Positions 19,393 through 29,182 are shown, counted from the first letter of the stretch. The stretch: DNA of 47,116 nucleotides from Acidimicrobiia bacterium (GCA_041576165.1 JBFGLM010000037.1:1-47116); one strand, 5' to 3'. The notes: generated from the sequence alone by a model not told the origin. Numbers and translations are program-made.

Positions 19393-20224
19393 GGCAGCGG
19401 TGAGTGACTGGGAGGTCGGGGTCGCATTCCCAGAGTTGCCGTCCCCAGATCCGGTCTCCCCTCAGGTTACGCACCCATACATTGGCGAACGTGTCTGCCA
19501 CAGACCGAACTGCATTCTCCGCAAGGTGCGTGTCCGTGGACAGCCAGCCGGAGCCGGAAAGCACCGCGAAGTGAGCCAATTCGATCTGGCCGGCCTTGGG
19601 CTCGACCAGACCCCTCTTTGCTGCGAGTGGTTCACCGGTGTCCGTATCAATGACGTCCACATGTGAGTACGCGGCCGTATAGCGGCTGCGGCGCTGCTGC
19701 TGGCTCGACATCGGGCACCACAGCCGGAGCCCATTCTCAAGTGTGAGCAACGAGACCATGGGATGAACCGGGATGCCGTACGCGCCGGTCTCAACTCCCA
19801 GATCGCCGAAGCGGGTGCCCGGATCCAGAATGGCCCGGCGGGCAGGTTCGCCGATTGCCGCTTCGAGGCCGTAGAGGATCTCATCCCAGAAATCTGCGAA
19901 CACGGTTTTTAGCACCTCATGCGTTCCCGGGAACTCGGCTGTGTCGCCCAGCACGACCCGCTCGGGGCTGAACGGAGCGACCCAACAAACCTCGCCGTAC
20001 TGCATGCCGCCGACCAGCAATGGAGCTCCAGGACGCAGCGCCGACGGCGGATTCAGCACCAAGCCGACTACACCTGGGTCACCCAGCGTCCGCTCGTCGA
20101 TCTCCGATCGGCCCAGCCGCCACCCACCCAAGAACACGCCGCTGACGTAGCGCCGGTCATGGTGCAACTCGGGCATTTCGTTCGTCGGGCTTGCTAGCAG
20201 CTCGAGACCGGCGATCAACGGCAT
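19379..20224 (-). CDS. hypothetical protein
   Basis: 281-aa ORF with ordinary globular composition; no motif recognised. Confidence 0.55.
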   Translation of the reverse strand: MPLIAGLELLASPTNEMPELHHDRRYVSGVFLGGWRLGRSEIDERTLGDPGVVGLVLNPPSALRPGAPLLVGGMQYGEVCWVAPFSPERVVLGDTAEFPGTHEVLKTVFADFWDEILYGLEAAIGEPARRAILDPGTRFGDLGVETGAYGIPVHPMVSLLTLENGLRLWCPMSSQQQRRSRYTAAYSHVDVIDTDTGEPLAAKRGLVEPKAGQIELAHFAVLSGSGWLSTDTHLAENAVRSVADTFANVWVRNLRGDRIWGRQLWECDPDLPVTHRCHGCR

Positions 20225-20490
20225 GTGGCACCGCCTCCAGGGCCCGCACGCGAACCATGATCAAGCTGCTGTGTTTGCCGCAGCGGCGTGGCTGCCACCG
20301 GCAATGACATCCTCGAAGAGTACGGTGGCGAATCTACCGAGTACGAGACAGCGACGCACGGACCGTTGTGATCGACCTGGGCTTTCGCAGCATGCCGGCG
20401 ATCATGTCGCCCGCCACAGATTCGGATCAGTGAGCCACTGAGCGCCGCGCCAGCGGACAATCGATTGGACAGATGGTCTGACCAGCGGAT

Positions 20491-20511
20491 CCGTTGCACA
20501 TCTCGCAACGG
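20491..20511. terminator. hairpin next to the tRNA-like repeat
   Basis: CCGTTGC-N7-GCAACGG perfect 7-bp stem followed by TTTGT on the + strand. Confidence 0.4.
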
Positions 20512-20514
20512 TTT

Positions 20515-20542
20515 GTGGGCCTAGTTGGGCGACTTTCGAACT
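20515..20542 (+). repeat. 28-bp direct repeat copy 1 (tRNA-3'-end-like, att-like)
   Basis: GTGGGCCTAGTTGGGCGACTTTCGAACT, identical to 34580-34607. Confidence 0.9.
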
Positions 20543-20843
20543 GAGCTGTGCAGAGCCATGCAGCGTGGACAGCCGGTGACCGGGTCGAACACCGGGTGCT
20601 ACGGCCCCCTGACTGCGTGCTGCGGCGATCTCGGCAGGCGGGACCGGCGAGGCCGGTGAGGATTGTGAATCCGGCGGACCTCGTTTCGCACTCGAGGTTG
20701 CCGAGGGCGCAATGTCGGCTCCTGAAACCCAGTAGCGGCGCAGGTTCTGGCGTGCCGCAGCGGTTTCGCAGTTTCTTGAGGGCTCAGCCGAGGGTGTCGA
20801 CATGGACGAGGGCTGGACATACGCGATGGCGTATGGTTCTCAT

Positions 20844-23800
20844 GTGGATATCCGCGTTCTGGGTCCGGTCTCGGTCCTTGTCGAGGGCCGCCCGCTCGTG
20901 CTGGGTGGGCGGAAGCAGCGCACTGTGCTGGCGCTCGTGATCGCCGGGGCGGGTCGGCCGGTGTTGGCGGACGCGCTTATCAGTGGCGTATATGGCGGCG
21001 ATGCGTCTGATGGCGCCCGGCGCACGATCCACACCTATGTGTCGAATCTGCGCCGCGAGCTGGGGGACGTGATCATCCCTTCAGGTCAGGGCTACACGTT
21101 CGGCGTCGACCCGTCGACGATCGACGCCGTACGCTTCGAGACCCTGTATCGGAACGGCGGTGCACTAGTCGAGACTTCGCCCGAACAGGCCGCAGTGTTA
21201 TTGAGGGACGCGCTCGGCCTGTGGCAGGGTCACGCCTACGCCGATGTGGAAGCACACACAGTGCTGGAGGCTGAGAAGACCCGGCTCGAGGAGCTGCGGC
21301 TCGCGGCACTCGAGGCACGAGTCAGCGCCGACCTTGCGCTCGGCCTCCACCGGGATCTGATCGGCGAGCTCGAAGCGCTGATTGGCGAGTACCCACTTCA
21401 GGAAGGTTTCCGGGAGCACCAGATGGTCGCCCTGTATCGGTCGGGCCGCCAGAGCGAGGCGTTGCGGGCCTTTACTCGCACGCGGGAGTTCCTGGGCGGG
21501 GAGTTAGGGATAGATCCCTCTCCGGAGCTGCAGGAGTTGGAGCAGCTGATCCTGGTGCAAGACCCTGGGTTGAATCTGCAGGCGAGAACGGCGATCGAGC
21601 GTCGGGCGATCTTGGCCGCTGAGCTGGATGAGGGGCTGCGGTTTGCGCCCGTCGGCGAGTTGGACGCGGCGTTGGCACGTCGCAACCAAACGCTGGAGGC
21701 GCGGGCCGCAGCGGCGGGCGGTTCGGTGCTCGACGTACGCGGTACCGCAGTATATGCGGAGTTCCCGTCCGTGGCCGATGCGATAGAAGCAGCAACAGCC
21801 TTGGTGGACACGACCGTGCAGGTGGCGATCGATTACGGAGATGTCGAAAAGGGCAATGACAGCGCCGCGGGTCCGCCGGTTACTCGAGCGTTGCGACTGG
21901 CGGCAGTTGGCCATCCGGGTCAGGTGCTGGTTGCAGAGGACGCTCACGCCAAGCTCGCCAGTGAAGGGACTGGACGTTGGAGCGTCGCTGCGCTGGGCCT
22001 GCAGACCATTCGGGGCCTCGATCGGCCCGTGCAGGTGTTCCAGCTCGTCGGCGAGGGGATGATCGGCGAATTCCCAGCGCTGCGTCTGGACCGACTTCCT
22101 CCGCCGCTGCCGGGGGGAGCGCCCGGATCGGTCGCGGGGTACGAGCTCAGAGGCGAGCTGGGTGGCGGGGTAACGGGAGTGGTCCATCGGGCGTATCAAC
22201 CAACCGTGGGCCGCGAGGTGGCGCTCCGGGTGATCCGGCCGGAACTCGTGAGCGATCCGCGGTTCGTACGTCGCTTCGAGGCCGAGGCACAACGAATCGC
22301 TGCGATCGACCATCCGCATCTGGTGCCGCTGCTCGACTACTGGCGAGAACCCGATGGGGCGTTCCTCGTCCACCGTCTCATGGGGGGCAGCACCGTACGC
22401 ACGGAGATGAACACGGGGCCGATGGCGCCGAGCGGCGTCGTGGCGTTGCTCGACCAGATCGGGGCCGCGGCAGCGGCCGGCCACGCGCGTGGTGTCTCGC
22501 ATGGGCGTATCCGCCCGGAGAACGTGTTCCTCGACGACTCCGGCTACGCCTACCTGGCCGGTCTGGGTCTCGCCGCCATGTTCGACGGAATGGTCAGCGC
22601 ACCAGCCGATGCCTACACAGCACCCGAAGCGATCGGCGGCCCCCCGTCGGAGATTGGCGACATCTACAGCCTGGGGGTGCTCGCAGTCGAGCTCCTGGCG
22701 GGCCACGAGGCGCCGCACGACCGTGGCCTGCCCACTTTGGGGTCACCCGCCGATGCAGTGGTCACTCGTGCTACGCATCCCCAGCCGGGAGAGCGGCAGC
22801 GTTCGGTCCGCCAATTCCTCGACGAGCTCACCGCCGCGCTCGGCACCATCGACACGGCCCCCGACGTGGAGCGCCGCAGCGACGTCCGTAACCCGTACAA
22901 GGGGCTGGGGGCATTCCAGGAAGCCGACGCCATCGACTTTCATGGCCGTTCCGACCTCATCGACACCCTGGTAGCCGCCGTCGAGACCCGACCATTTACC
23001 CTCGTCGCCGGACCGTCGGGCATCGGCAAGTCCTCCGTCGTGAGAGCGGGACTCATCCCCCGCGTCCGCGCCGGTGTCCTCGGCGAGACGAGCGACTGGC
23101 TCGTCACGGACATGTTCCCCGGTGCCCGCCCCTTCGACGAGCTCGAGACCGCGGTGGCCCGTGTCGCCGTCCACGCCACCGGCCACAATATCGAGGCGGT
23201 GCGCTCCGGTACCCGCTCCATCGCCGACACTGCCGCAGAGCTTCTTCCCGACAGCACCCGCCTCCTGTTGGTGATCGACCAGTTCGAGGAGCTGTTCACC
23301 CACAACAGCGACGAGCAAATCAGACGGCGCTTCCTCGAGGCCCTCACCGAAGTGGCCAACGACCGGGCATCGCCGGTTCACGTCGTGGCCACGATGCGTG
23401 CCGATTTCCTCGACAAGCCACTCGGGTATTCCGAGTTCGGTCGTCTCCTCACCTCCTCGACGGTCATGGTGCCCGCGCTCGGCAAGTCGGATCTCGCCGA
23501 GGTGGTACGGCTCCCCGCCGCCAGCGTCGGCGTCGTGATGGACGAGGCCCTGGTAGAGGCGCTCAGCACCGACGCCGATGCTGAACCCGGAGCGTTGCCG
23601 CTGCTCCAGCACAGCCTCACCGAACTCTTCAATGGGCGACCGACCGACCGGCTCACCCTCGACGAGTACCGGACCACGGGCGGCCTCGCCGGCGCGATCC
23701 GCCGCCGCGCCGAGACCATCTACTCGAGCCTCGACCCCACCGACCGGTCCACCGCCCGCGAAGTGTTCATCCGTCTCGTCAACGTCAGCCCCGACACCGA

Positions 23801-26438
23801 AGACACCCGCCGCCGGGTCAAACGCAGTGAGCTGGACCACCTCCCAGTCCAGCCGGACTCCACCGACCGTGTCATCGAAGCGTTCGGTCGCCACCGCCTA
23901 CTCGTGTTCGACCGTGATCCCACCACCCGGGGCCCTACCGTCGAGGTCGCCCACGAAGCTCTCTTCACCCAATGGGACCGGCTCGCCGGCTGGATCGACC
24001 ACGCCCGGCAAGACCTGCTCACCGCCCGCCGGATCGACGCGGCAGCTATGGAATGGGACGGTTCGGGACGCGATACCGGTTACCTCTTCACCGGACCCCG
24101 CCTCGAACAAGCCTCGACCTGGCGCACCGGGTCGGGGTTGGAGCCTTCGCCAGTGGTCGCCGAGTTCATCGATGCCTCCATCGAACGTGAGGCACGGGAG
24201 ACCGCAGAGCGGCACAAACGACGCCGTACCGTACTCCGCGGATTCGCAGCAGCAGCGGTAGTCGCGCTGGTTCTCGCAGCGTTCGCCTGGGTGCAGCGGG
24301 GGGCGGCGCAGCGGGAGACACAACTCGCCGAGGCCCGCGGACTCGTCCTCGAAGCCGAGAACAACATCGCCGCTGACCCCGAGCTCAGCATTCTGCTGGC
24401 GCTTGAGGCGATCGACACGTTCCGCAGCATCGGCGATGCTCCTGCCAGCGCGGCGGCGGCACTGCGCGACGCCATCACCAATCAGAGGATCAGGGCCAGA
24501 CTGCCCGGCGGGTCATTCGTGTCGGTGAATCACGACGGGTCGAGGCTCGCCAGCGAAGGCGAGGCCGGCGGCATCGCAATATGGGACATCAGAGAGATAG
24601 CGGCACCCAAGCACATCGTCACGATGACGGGTACAGACGAAGGTCTGGTGGCTGTCGAGGGCCAGTTCTTGCGTTCCGCCAACGAGCTGATCGTGGTTCT
24701 CGAAGACCCCGAAACCGGTGAGCGGCAGTTGCGGCTCTTCGACATGACAACTGGTCGGTTCGCCGCGACGTTGCCGTTCGATGGGCTGACGCACGGATTG
24801 GTCGAAGTATCCCCTCAAGGTGACCTGTTGGCTCTTGTGACGCAACCAGAGGATCCGTCTGGAGCCCGCATCGAAGTCCTGGACCGACGGACCAACACGG
24901 TCCTTTGGGCGAACGACGAACCGGTCTTCGTTGCCGCGTTCTCAGGAGATTCGCGAATCGCTCACCTATCTGTGCATCCGTTGCTCACAAACTTTCGTCT
25001 CACAATCGCCGATGCGCAGAGCGGACGCGAGATCAGGACCATCCCCAACTTGCCCATCGAAGATGCTTGGTCGACTCGACTCGAGTTCTCCCCGGACAAC
25101 ACCCGCTTGGCGTACACCGACGCCAGGGTGGCGGGGGTCATCGACGTCGAGTCGGGCCGGGAGGTATTTCGTGCAGACGGCCTGGCGGCATTCGACCTCC
25201 GTTGGCTTCCTGACGGCGACAGGCTCGTCATCCGCACGACCAGCGTACTGAACGTGATCGACGCCGCGAGCGGTACGATCATTCGTGAGCTGCCCGGCAA
25301 CAAAGGGGCGACAGCGGACTTCTCGGTCGTGCCGGGCGCTTCGCTGGTGGCTTCCGCCGGGGCGAGCGACGACGCCACGCTGCTCATCGACGTGGATAGA
25401 GGTGATCGAGACGAGGTGAAGCAGTTCTCATCGCCGCTCTCGGGTCCAGCCTCCGCACATCTCAGCCCGAATGGCGAGGCGATCTTCATTACCGGCTCGC
25501 ACGAGTTCACGGTCATCGACACCACGACCGGTGATGTGCTGTGGGAACCCCAGCAGTATGGCGGCACATTGCTAGGCATTCTCGCCGTGAGCAGCCCAAA
25601 CGGCGCGTTTGTTGCCGAACCCCTTGGGATGTGGTCGACAGTGGAGCTTCACGACACTGCGGACGAGCTGGGGATCGACCGGCGGCAAAAGGCGAAGGTC
25701 TACACCGCTCCGCGGTTTTGGCTCATCCGCGGCGTCAGCAGCGACGGGTCGCTCGCAGTCATCAGCCGCGACCACGTGTCTACGATGATCGTACGGACCG
25801 AAGACGGCTCAGAGATTGCGGCCCTCGATGCCGGGTCCATCCTGGTTGAGGCGTTCTTTTCCCCCAACGGCGCATTCTTGATCACCAACAACAACACCAC
25901 TGCATTCGACAACAGCATCGGGGAGGCACCCAGTCTCCGCATATGGGAAGTCGAATCCGGCGCCCTGCTGAACGACATGGATGGCTTCGAGGGATACGGC
26001 GTGGAATTCACTACTGACGGCGAACAACTGGTCCTGGGCCAGCTGGATGGGACCATCACTGCGTTCGATTTCCTCGCGCTACGGGAGGGATTACCACCGG
26101 AACAAGCGATCAGGCTGGAGATCCCAGCCCACAACAACCTCATCAACACCTTGCGGATCTCACCTGACGACTCAATGGTTGCGAGCGGCTCCTTCGGCGA
26201 ACGAGCCAAGCTGTGGGATCTCGAAACGGGCCGGGCCCTCGGTGAGTTCGGAACAACGGCTCAAACGGCCGTGGCGTTCGATCCGGTGCGTCCCTGGCTC
26301 TGGGTCTCTGAGTTCGGCCACGTCTGGGTCGACACACTCGATCTCGACGAATTGATCCCGATCGCCCGCGACAGGCTCACCCGGGACATGACCGACGACG
26401 AATGCGTCCTGTACCTCCGCCGACCCTGCGACGGCTGA
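20844..26438 (+). CDS. giant STAND receptor: wHTH-BTAD + degenerate cyclase-like domain + Ser/Thr pseudokinase + nSTAND1 NTPase + TM + WD40 propellers
   Basis: BTAD (ALYRSGRQSEAL...LGIDPSPEL); cyclase fold about 21600-22085; kinase fold about 22137-22845; RNPYKGLGAF, Walker A GPSGIGKSS, LLLVIDQFEELF, PGALPLLQ, VEVAHEAL (nSTAND1); TM about 24230-24295; WD40 repeats; terminal LTRDMTDDECVLYL. GTG start 6 nt after TATGGT. Confidence 0.92.
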   Translation: MDIRVLGPVSVLVEGRPLVLGGRKQRTVLALVIAGAGRPVLADALISGVYGGDASDGARRTIHTYVSNLRRELGDVIIPSGQGYTFGVDPSTIDAVRFETLYRNGGALVETSPEQAAVLLRDALGLWQGHAYADVEAHTVLEAEKTRLEELRLAALEARVSADLALGLHRDLIGELEALIGEYPLQEGFREHQMVALYRSGRQSEALRAFTRTREFLGGELGIDPSPELQELEQLILVQDPGLNLQARTAIERRAILAAELDEGLRFAPVGELDAALARRNQTLEARAAAAGGSVLDVRGTAVYAEFPSVADAIEAATALVDTTVQVAIDYGDVEKGNDSAAGPPVTRALRLAAVGHPGQVLVAEDAHAKLASEGTGRWSVAALGLQTIRGLDRPVQVFQLVGEGMIGEFPALRLDRLPPPLPGGAPGSVAGYELRGELGGGVTGVVHRAYQPTVGREVALRVIRPELVSDPRFVRRFEAEAQRIAAIDHPHLVPLLDYWREPDGAFLVHRLMGGSTVRTEMNTGPMAPSGVVALLDQIGAAAAAGHARGVSHGRIRPENVFLDDSGYAYLAGLGLAAMFDGMVSAPADAYTAPEAIGGPPSEIGDIYSLGVLAVELLAGHEAPHDRGLPTLGSPADAVVTRATHPQPGERQRSVRQFLDELTAALGTIDTAPDVERRSDVRNPYKGLGAFQEADAIDFHGRSDLIDTLVAAVETRPFTLVAGPSGIGKSSVVRAGLIPRVRAGVLGETSDWLVTDMFPGARPFDELETAVARVAVHATGHNIEAVRSGTRSIADTAAELLPDSTRLLLVIDQFEELFTHNSDEQIRRRFLEALTEVANDRASPVHVVATMRADFLDKPLGYSEFGRLLTSSTVMVPALGKSDLAEVVRLPAASVGVVMDEALVEALSTDADAEPGALPLLQHSLTELFNGRPTDRLTLDEYRTTGGLAGAIRRRAETIYSSLDPTDRSTAREVFIRLVNVSPDTEDTRRRVKRSELDHLPVQPDSTDRVIEAFGRHRLLVFDRDPTTRGPTVEVAHEALFTQWDRLAGWIDHARQDLLTARRIDAAAMEWDGSGRDTGYLFTGPRLEQASTWRTGSGLEPSPVVAEFIDASIEREARETAERHKRRRTVLRGFAAAAVVALVLAAFAWVQRGAAQRETQLAEARGLVLEAENNIAADPELSILLALEAIDTFRSIGDAPASAAAALRDAITNQRIRARLPGGSFVSVNHDGSRLASEGEAGGIAIWDIREIAAPKHIVTMTGTDEGLVAVEGQFLRSANELIVVLEDPETGERQLRLFDMTTGRFAATLPFDGLTHGLVEVSPQGDLLALVTQPEDPSGARIEVLDRRTNTVLWANDEPVFVAAFSGDSRIAHLSVHPLLTNFRLTIADAQSGREIRTIPNLPIEDAWSTRLEFSPDNTRLAYTDARVAGVIDVESGREVFRADGLAAFDLRWLPDGDRLVIRTTSVLNVIDAASGTIIRELPGNKGATADFSVVPGASLVASAGASDDATLLIDVDRGDRDEVKQFSSPLSGPASAHLSPNGEAIFITGSHEFTVIDTTTGDVLWEPQQYGGTLLGILAVSSPNGAFVAEPLGMWSTVELHDTADELGIDRRQKAKVYTAPRFWLIRGVSSDGSLAVISRDHVSTMIVRTEDGSEIAALDAGSILVEAFFSPNGAFLITNNNTTAFDNSIGEAPSLRIWEVESGALLNDMDGFEGYGVEFTTDGEQLVLGQLDGTITAFDFLALREGLPPEQAIRLEIPAHNNLINTLRISPDDSMVASGSFGERAKLWDLETGRALGEFGTTAQTAVAFDPVRPWLWVSEFGHVWVDTLDLDELIPIARDRLTRDMTDDECVLYLRRPCDG

Positions 26439-26579
26439 GATGTTCCGCACTCGAACGTCGAAGCACCCCGACGAGAGCGCTTGACGTCTTCACAGGACCG
26501 GGCCGACGCGCCTATTGCCTCCGAGCTGAACCCCGTCAACCGGCGATCGCGGCCTCGAGCAGCTGGATCTCGGTCGCCG

Positions 26580-26790
26580 TCTCCGAGCAGAGAACCCAGC
26601 GCATTGATAGGTGGGGCGACGCGAAGGCTCTCGAACGCGAGCAGCACTCCCAGATTCGGTTTTGTCTGGAGGGTGTCGACACCGTCGGATGCGAGCGCTC
26701 GCGATTCGGCTCGTAACGCCTCCTGACCGCCAGGTCTCGCTGCTGCCGAGCATCGGTCTCAGCCACCTGCGCTCGATCGCGCTGCTGGTC
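26580..26790 (-). pseudogene. remnant of a second STAND-WD40 gene (post-TM linker)
   Basis: DQQRDRAQVAETDARQQRDLAV, frameshift, then AESRALASDGVDTLQTKPNLGVLLAFESLRVAP..ALGSLL, resembling AEARGLVLEAENNIAADPELSILLALEAI in the intact neighbour. Confidence 0.5.
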
Positions 26791-27103
26791 TGAGCCGGTT
26801 CTGGTGGGATAGCTTCGACGTAACCGAACCAGTGCCCTGGCTGCACCGAACCGTCAGCCGATCGGACACGCGAAACACCGGCGCAACGCTGTTTGTCGCC
26901 GGAACCATCGGTGCGCTTCTCGTTGAAGCCTGGAGATACCTTCTATTCGGAGCGGCAGGAACGATCAGCCTCGATAGAACATCGTCCCCCAAGGCACCCA
27001 GAGCCTGCGCAATATCTGGGAAGGTTGAGAACCTGATTCTGCGCTAGCTCAGGCGTTCCTTCGTGGGGCGGCGCTCACATGCCCGCGACACGTCGGGAAG
27101 CGC

Positions 27104-27280
27104 TAGACTTCGTTTTCTGAGCGTACGACTCGATCCGTACGTTGTTTACTCCGCCTCTTGATTCCGTCAGGCGGAGTCACCGCAGGATATGCGAGATTTC
27201 ACGGCGGCAGCCTGTCGGACGTTGGACGCACATCACGCGGGCCTCAGGCCCGACGGCCCGACGCTCTGAAGGGAGCAGCT
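27104..27280 (+). promoter_or_regulatory. promoter and long structured 5' UTR of the RRM gene
   Basis: TAGACT -10 at 27104; stems CGTACG/CGTACG (27122-27141), ACTCCGCCT/AGGCGGAGT (27148-27177), CGGGCC/GGCCCG (27238-27252); GCTCT/GGAGC hairpin covers the SD. Confidence 0.5.
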
Positions 27281-27535
27281 ATGTCCAGCAACCTTTACGT
27301 GGGAAACCTCACGTTCAACACCACGTCCTCCGAGCTCGAGACGGTTTTTTCTCAGCATGGCGAAGTCAAGAAGGCTCAGGTCATCATGGATCGCGATACG
27401 GGCCGCTCCCGCGGATTCGGTTTCGTCGAGATGGCTTCCTCCGAGCAGGCGAAGGCGGCGATCGAGTCGCTGAACGGCCACAATCTGGACGGGCGCGAGC
27501 TGACCGTGAATGTCGCGAAGGAGCGGTCTCGCTGA
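27281..27535 (+). CDS. single-RRM RNA-binding protein
   Basis: RNP2 LYVGNL and RNP1 RGFGFVEM; DRDTGRSR; LDGRELTVNVAKER. Confidence 0.95.
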   Translation: MSSNLYVGNLTFNTTSSELETVFSQHGEVKKAQVIMDRDTGRSRGFGFVEMASSEQAKAAIESLNGHNLDGRELTVNVAKERSR

Positions 27536-27861
27536 AACGGACATCGAGCGTCCGTATCGATGGGGGCCGACGACGATGTCTCGGCTGCGGGCATCCGGGT
27601 GCGGAACATCAGTCCGGACATCGCTGCACCGTGCCGAAATGCGCATGCCTTGAGTATGCGCAACCACCCGAGCCTCAATCGTCCAAGAAGCGATAAGAGC
27701 GAGAGCTTGATGGAGGGGAGCGGTGGATTTGACGCCGCCAGGCCTGTGCCCTCGTTCCCGAGACGGAAAAGCTGAATCGGGGTCGGCCGCCGACCGCCAC
27801 GGGAGTGGCGGTCGGTAGGGCCAGCCCGCTACCCGGACATGAGCCCCCGAGAGGTAGGTGG

Positions 27862-28209
27862 ATGATGGTCGTCGATGATCGTGGCAAGGATGAGACGGAG
27901 GACACGGCTCGCCTTGCTGACCGGTCCCGAAGCGAGATCGAACGCGCGGCGGCGCACGGTCGACACGAACGAGAGCGTCAGGTCGAGCACGACCGGCACG
28001 AAGCCGAGTTGCGCGCCCAACGGATTGAGCGTGACATCCATGATCGCGACGCCCGCGAACGCGAAGAGGAATCACGCCGACAACGCGCCGAGCGTGAGAA
28101 GGTAGCGCGACTCCAGCGTGAGGAACGCGAGGAGATGAGCAGGGTTGAGCGAGCCGAGCGTGAGGACGCCGCGCGCCTGCGACGCGGCGAACGCGAAGAG
28201 CCGAACTAG
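27862..28209 (+). CDS. small R/E-rich charged hypothetical protein
   Basis: GAGG/AGGT SD-like sequence before the ATG; 115 aa, low complexity, predicted charged helix. Confidence 0.5.
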   Translation: MMVVDDRGKDETEDTARLADRSRSEIERAAAHGRHERERQVEHDRHEAELRAQRIERDIHDRDAREREEESRRQRAEREKVARLQREEREEMSRVERAEREDAARLRRGEREEPN

Positions 28210-28619
28210 GTCCGACAGTCACCTTCGCCGTCTCCAACCGGTTCGGTGGCCATCGCCGGACTCGCCTCGCCATCGGGGCGCTTGCGAGCTGGCGCACGTA
28301 GCCTCTGATCCCTACCGGGCAACGAAGGACGTTCCGAGAATCGCCGAGAATCTCAGACGCCATGTATTAGCGTCGCATCGCCGACCAGCGCCAAGCCACG
28401 TAATAGGCCCGTGGGCACCCGAGGATTCCTCAGTCGCTTGCATGGCCGGCCTCGCATCCATATATCCGGCTCTTCAGCTCAGCCACCCCGGGCCACCCCA
28501 ACGCTACACCCACTGCCACACCCGGCCCATCCCACGCGCCCGAAGACCCGACCCTCGACACAAAGAGGCGTCGCTCGGCGCTGTTTCGCCCTACGGGCGT
28601 TCTCACCCGGGATCAGTTG

Positions 28620-28904
28620 TTATGCGACGTCGAGGAACCGACGGATCGCTTCGCGGATCACGTGGCTCACCGTGGCGTTGTCCTTCTCGGCCCGGGCCTC
28701 GATTGCTGCTCGCAGCTCGGGATCGATCCGTACCGGCACAACATCGGCCGGTCCCGACCCCATCGGTGGCCTCCCGCGCCGGCGCCTCGTCTTGAGTTCC
28801 TCGACGTCGTAGTCGGTCTTGGTGACCTCGGTCGCCAGCTGCTCGATCTCATCGTCGGTCAAGGTGCGGCCGCTGCGGGTGCGGCGAGTCTTCGGTTCAG
28901 TCAT
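28620..28904 (-). CDS. ribbon-helix-helix (CopG-like) antitoxin
   Basis: RRGRPPMG...VVPVRIDPELRAAIEARAEKDNATVSHVIREAIRRFL; overlaps the stop of the upstream toxin; GGAGGA RBS. Confidence 0.85.
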   Translation of the reverse strand: MTEPKTRRTRSGRTLTDDEIEQLATEVTKTDYDVEELKTRRRRGRPPMGSGPADVVPVRIDPELRAAIEARAEKDNATVSHVIREAIRRFLDVA

Positions 28905-29163
28905 GGGTGTCCTCCCGAGCCGGTCGGAGCAGGGCATAGAAGGTCGGTCGCAGAGCGATGGCGTGGATCAAAAGCTGCACGTCGTCGGCGAGTTCCAACC
29001 AGATCACCTCCATGAGGTTGCCCGCCTGGTCGGGTCCGATCGCCAAGCCCTTTGGCGGGTCGGCGTCTTGCTCCAGGTCGACGACGGTGATGGCATCGGC
29101 CAAGGCATGCATGATGGCGTCGTCTTGGATGCCGTGGTTGTGGGCTGAATCGTGGATCTCCAC
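28897..29163 (-). CDS. putative RelE/BrnT-fold toxin (toxin-first type II TA)
   Basis: IHDSAHNHGI..DAIMHAL...AIGPDQAGNLMEVI...LIHAIALR, typical of small actinobacterial toxins found upstream of RHH antitoxins. Confidence 0.7.
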   Translation of the reverse strand: MEIHDSAHNHGIQDDAIMHALADAITVVDLEQDADPPKGLAIGPDQAGNLMEVIWLELADDVQLLIHAIALRPTFYALLRPAREDTHD

Positions 29164-29173
29164 ATCTCAATAT

Positions 29174-29182
29174 CGTAATACG
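29174..29182. promoter_or_regulatory. palindromic operator overlapping the -10 of the TA operon
   Basis: CGTA-A-TACG inverted repeat overlapping minus-strand TACGAT, in an AT-rich patch just upstream of the GTG start. Confidence 0.5.

Noticed and set aside
20515-20600. Complete tRNA gene at the repeats
   Set aside because: Only a T-loop/acceptor-like 3' fragment is present; no D-arm, anticodon arm or 5' acceptor strand can be folded.
20844-26438. Giant STAND as an Avs-type antiphage system
   Set aside because: No nuclease, TIR, SIR2 or protease effector; the output is a wHTH-BTAD transcription module. A defence role cannot be supported from sequence alone.
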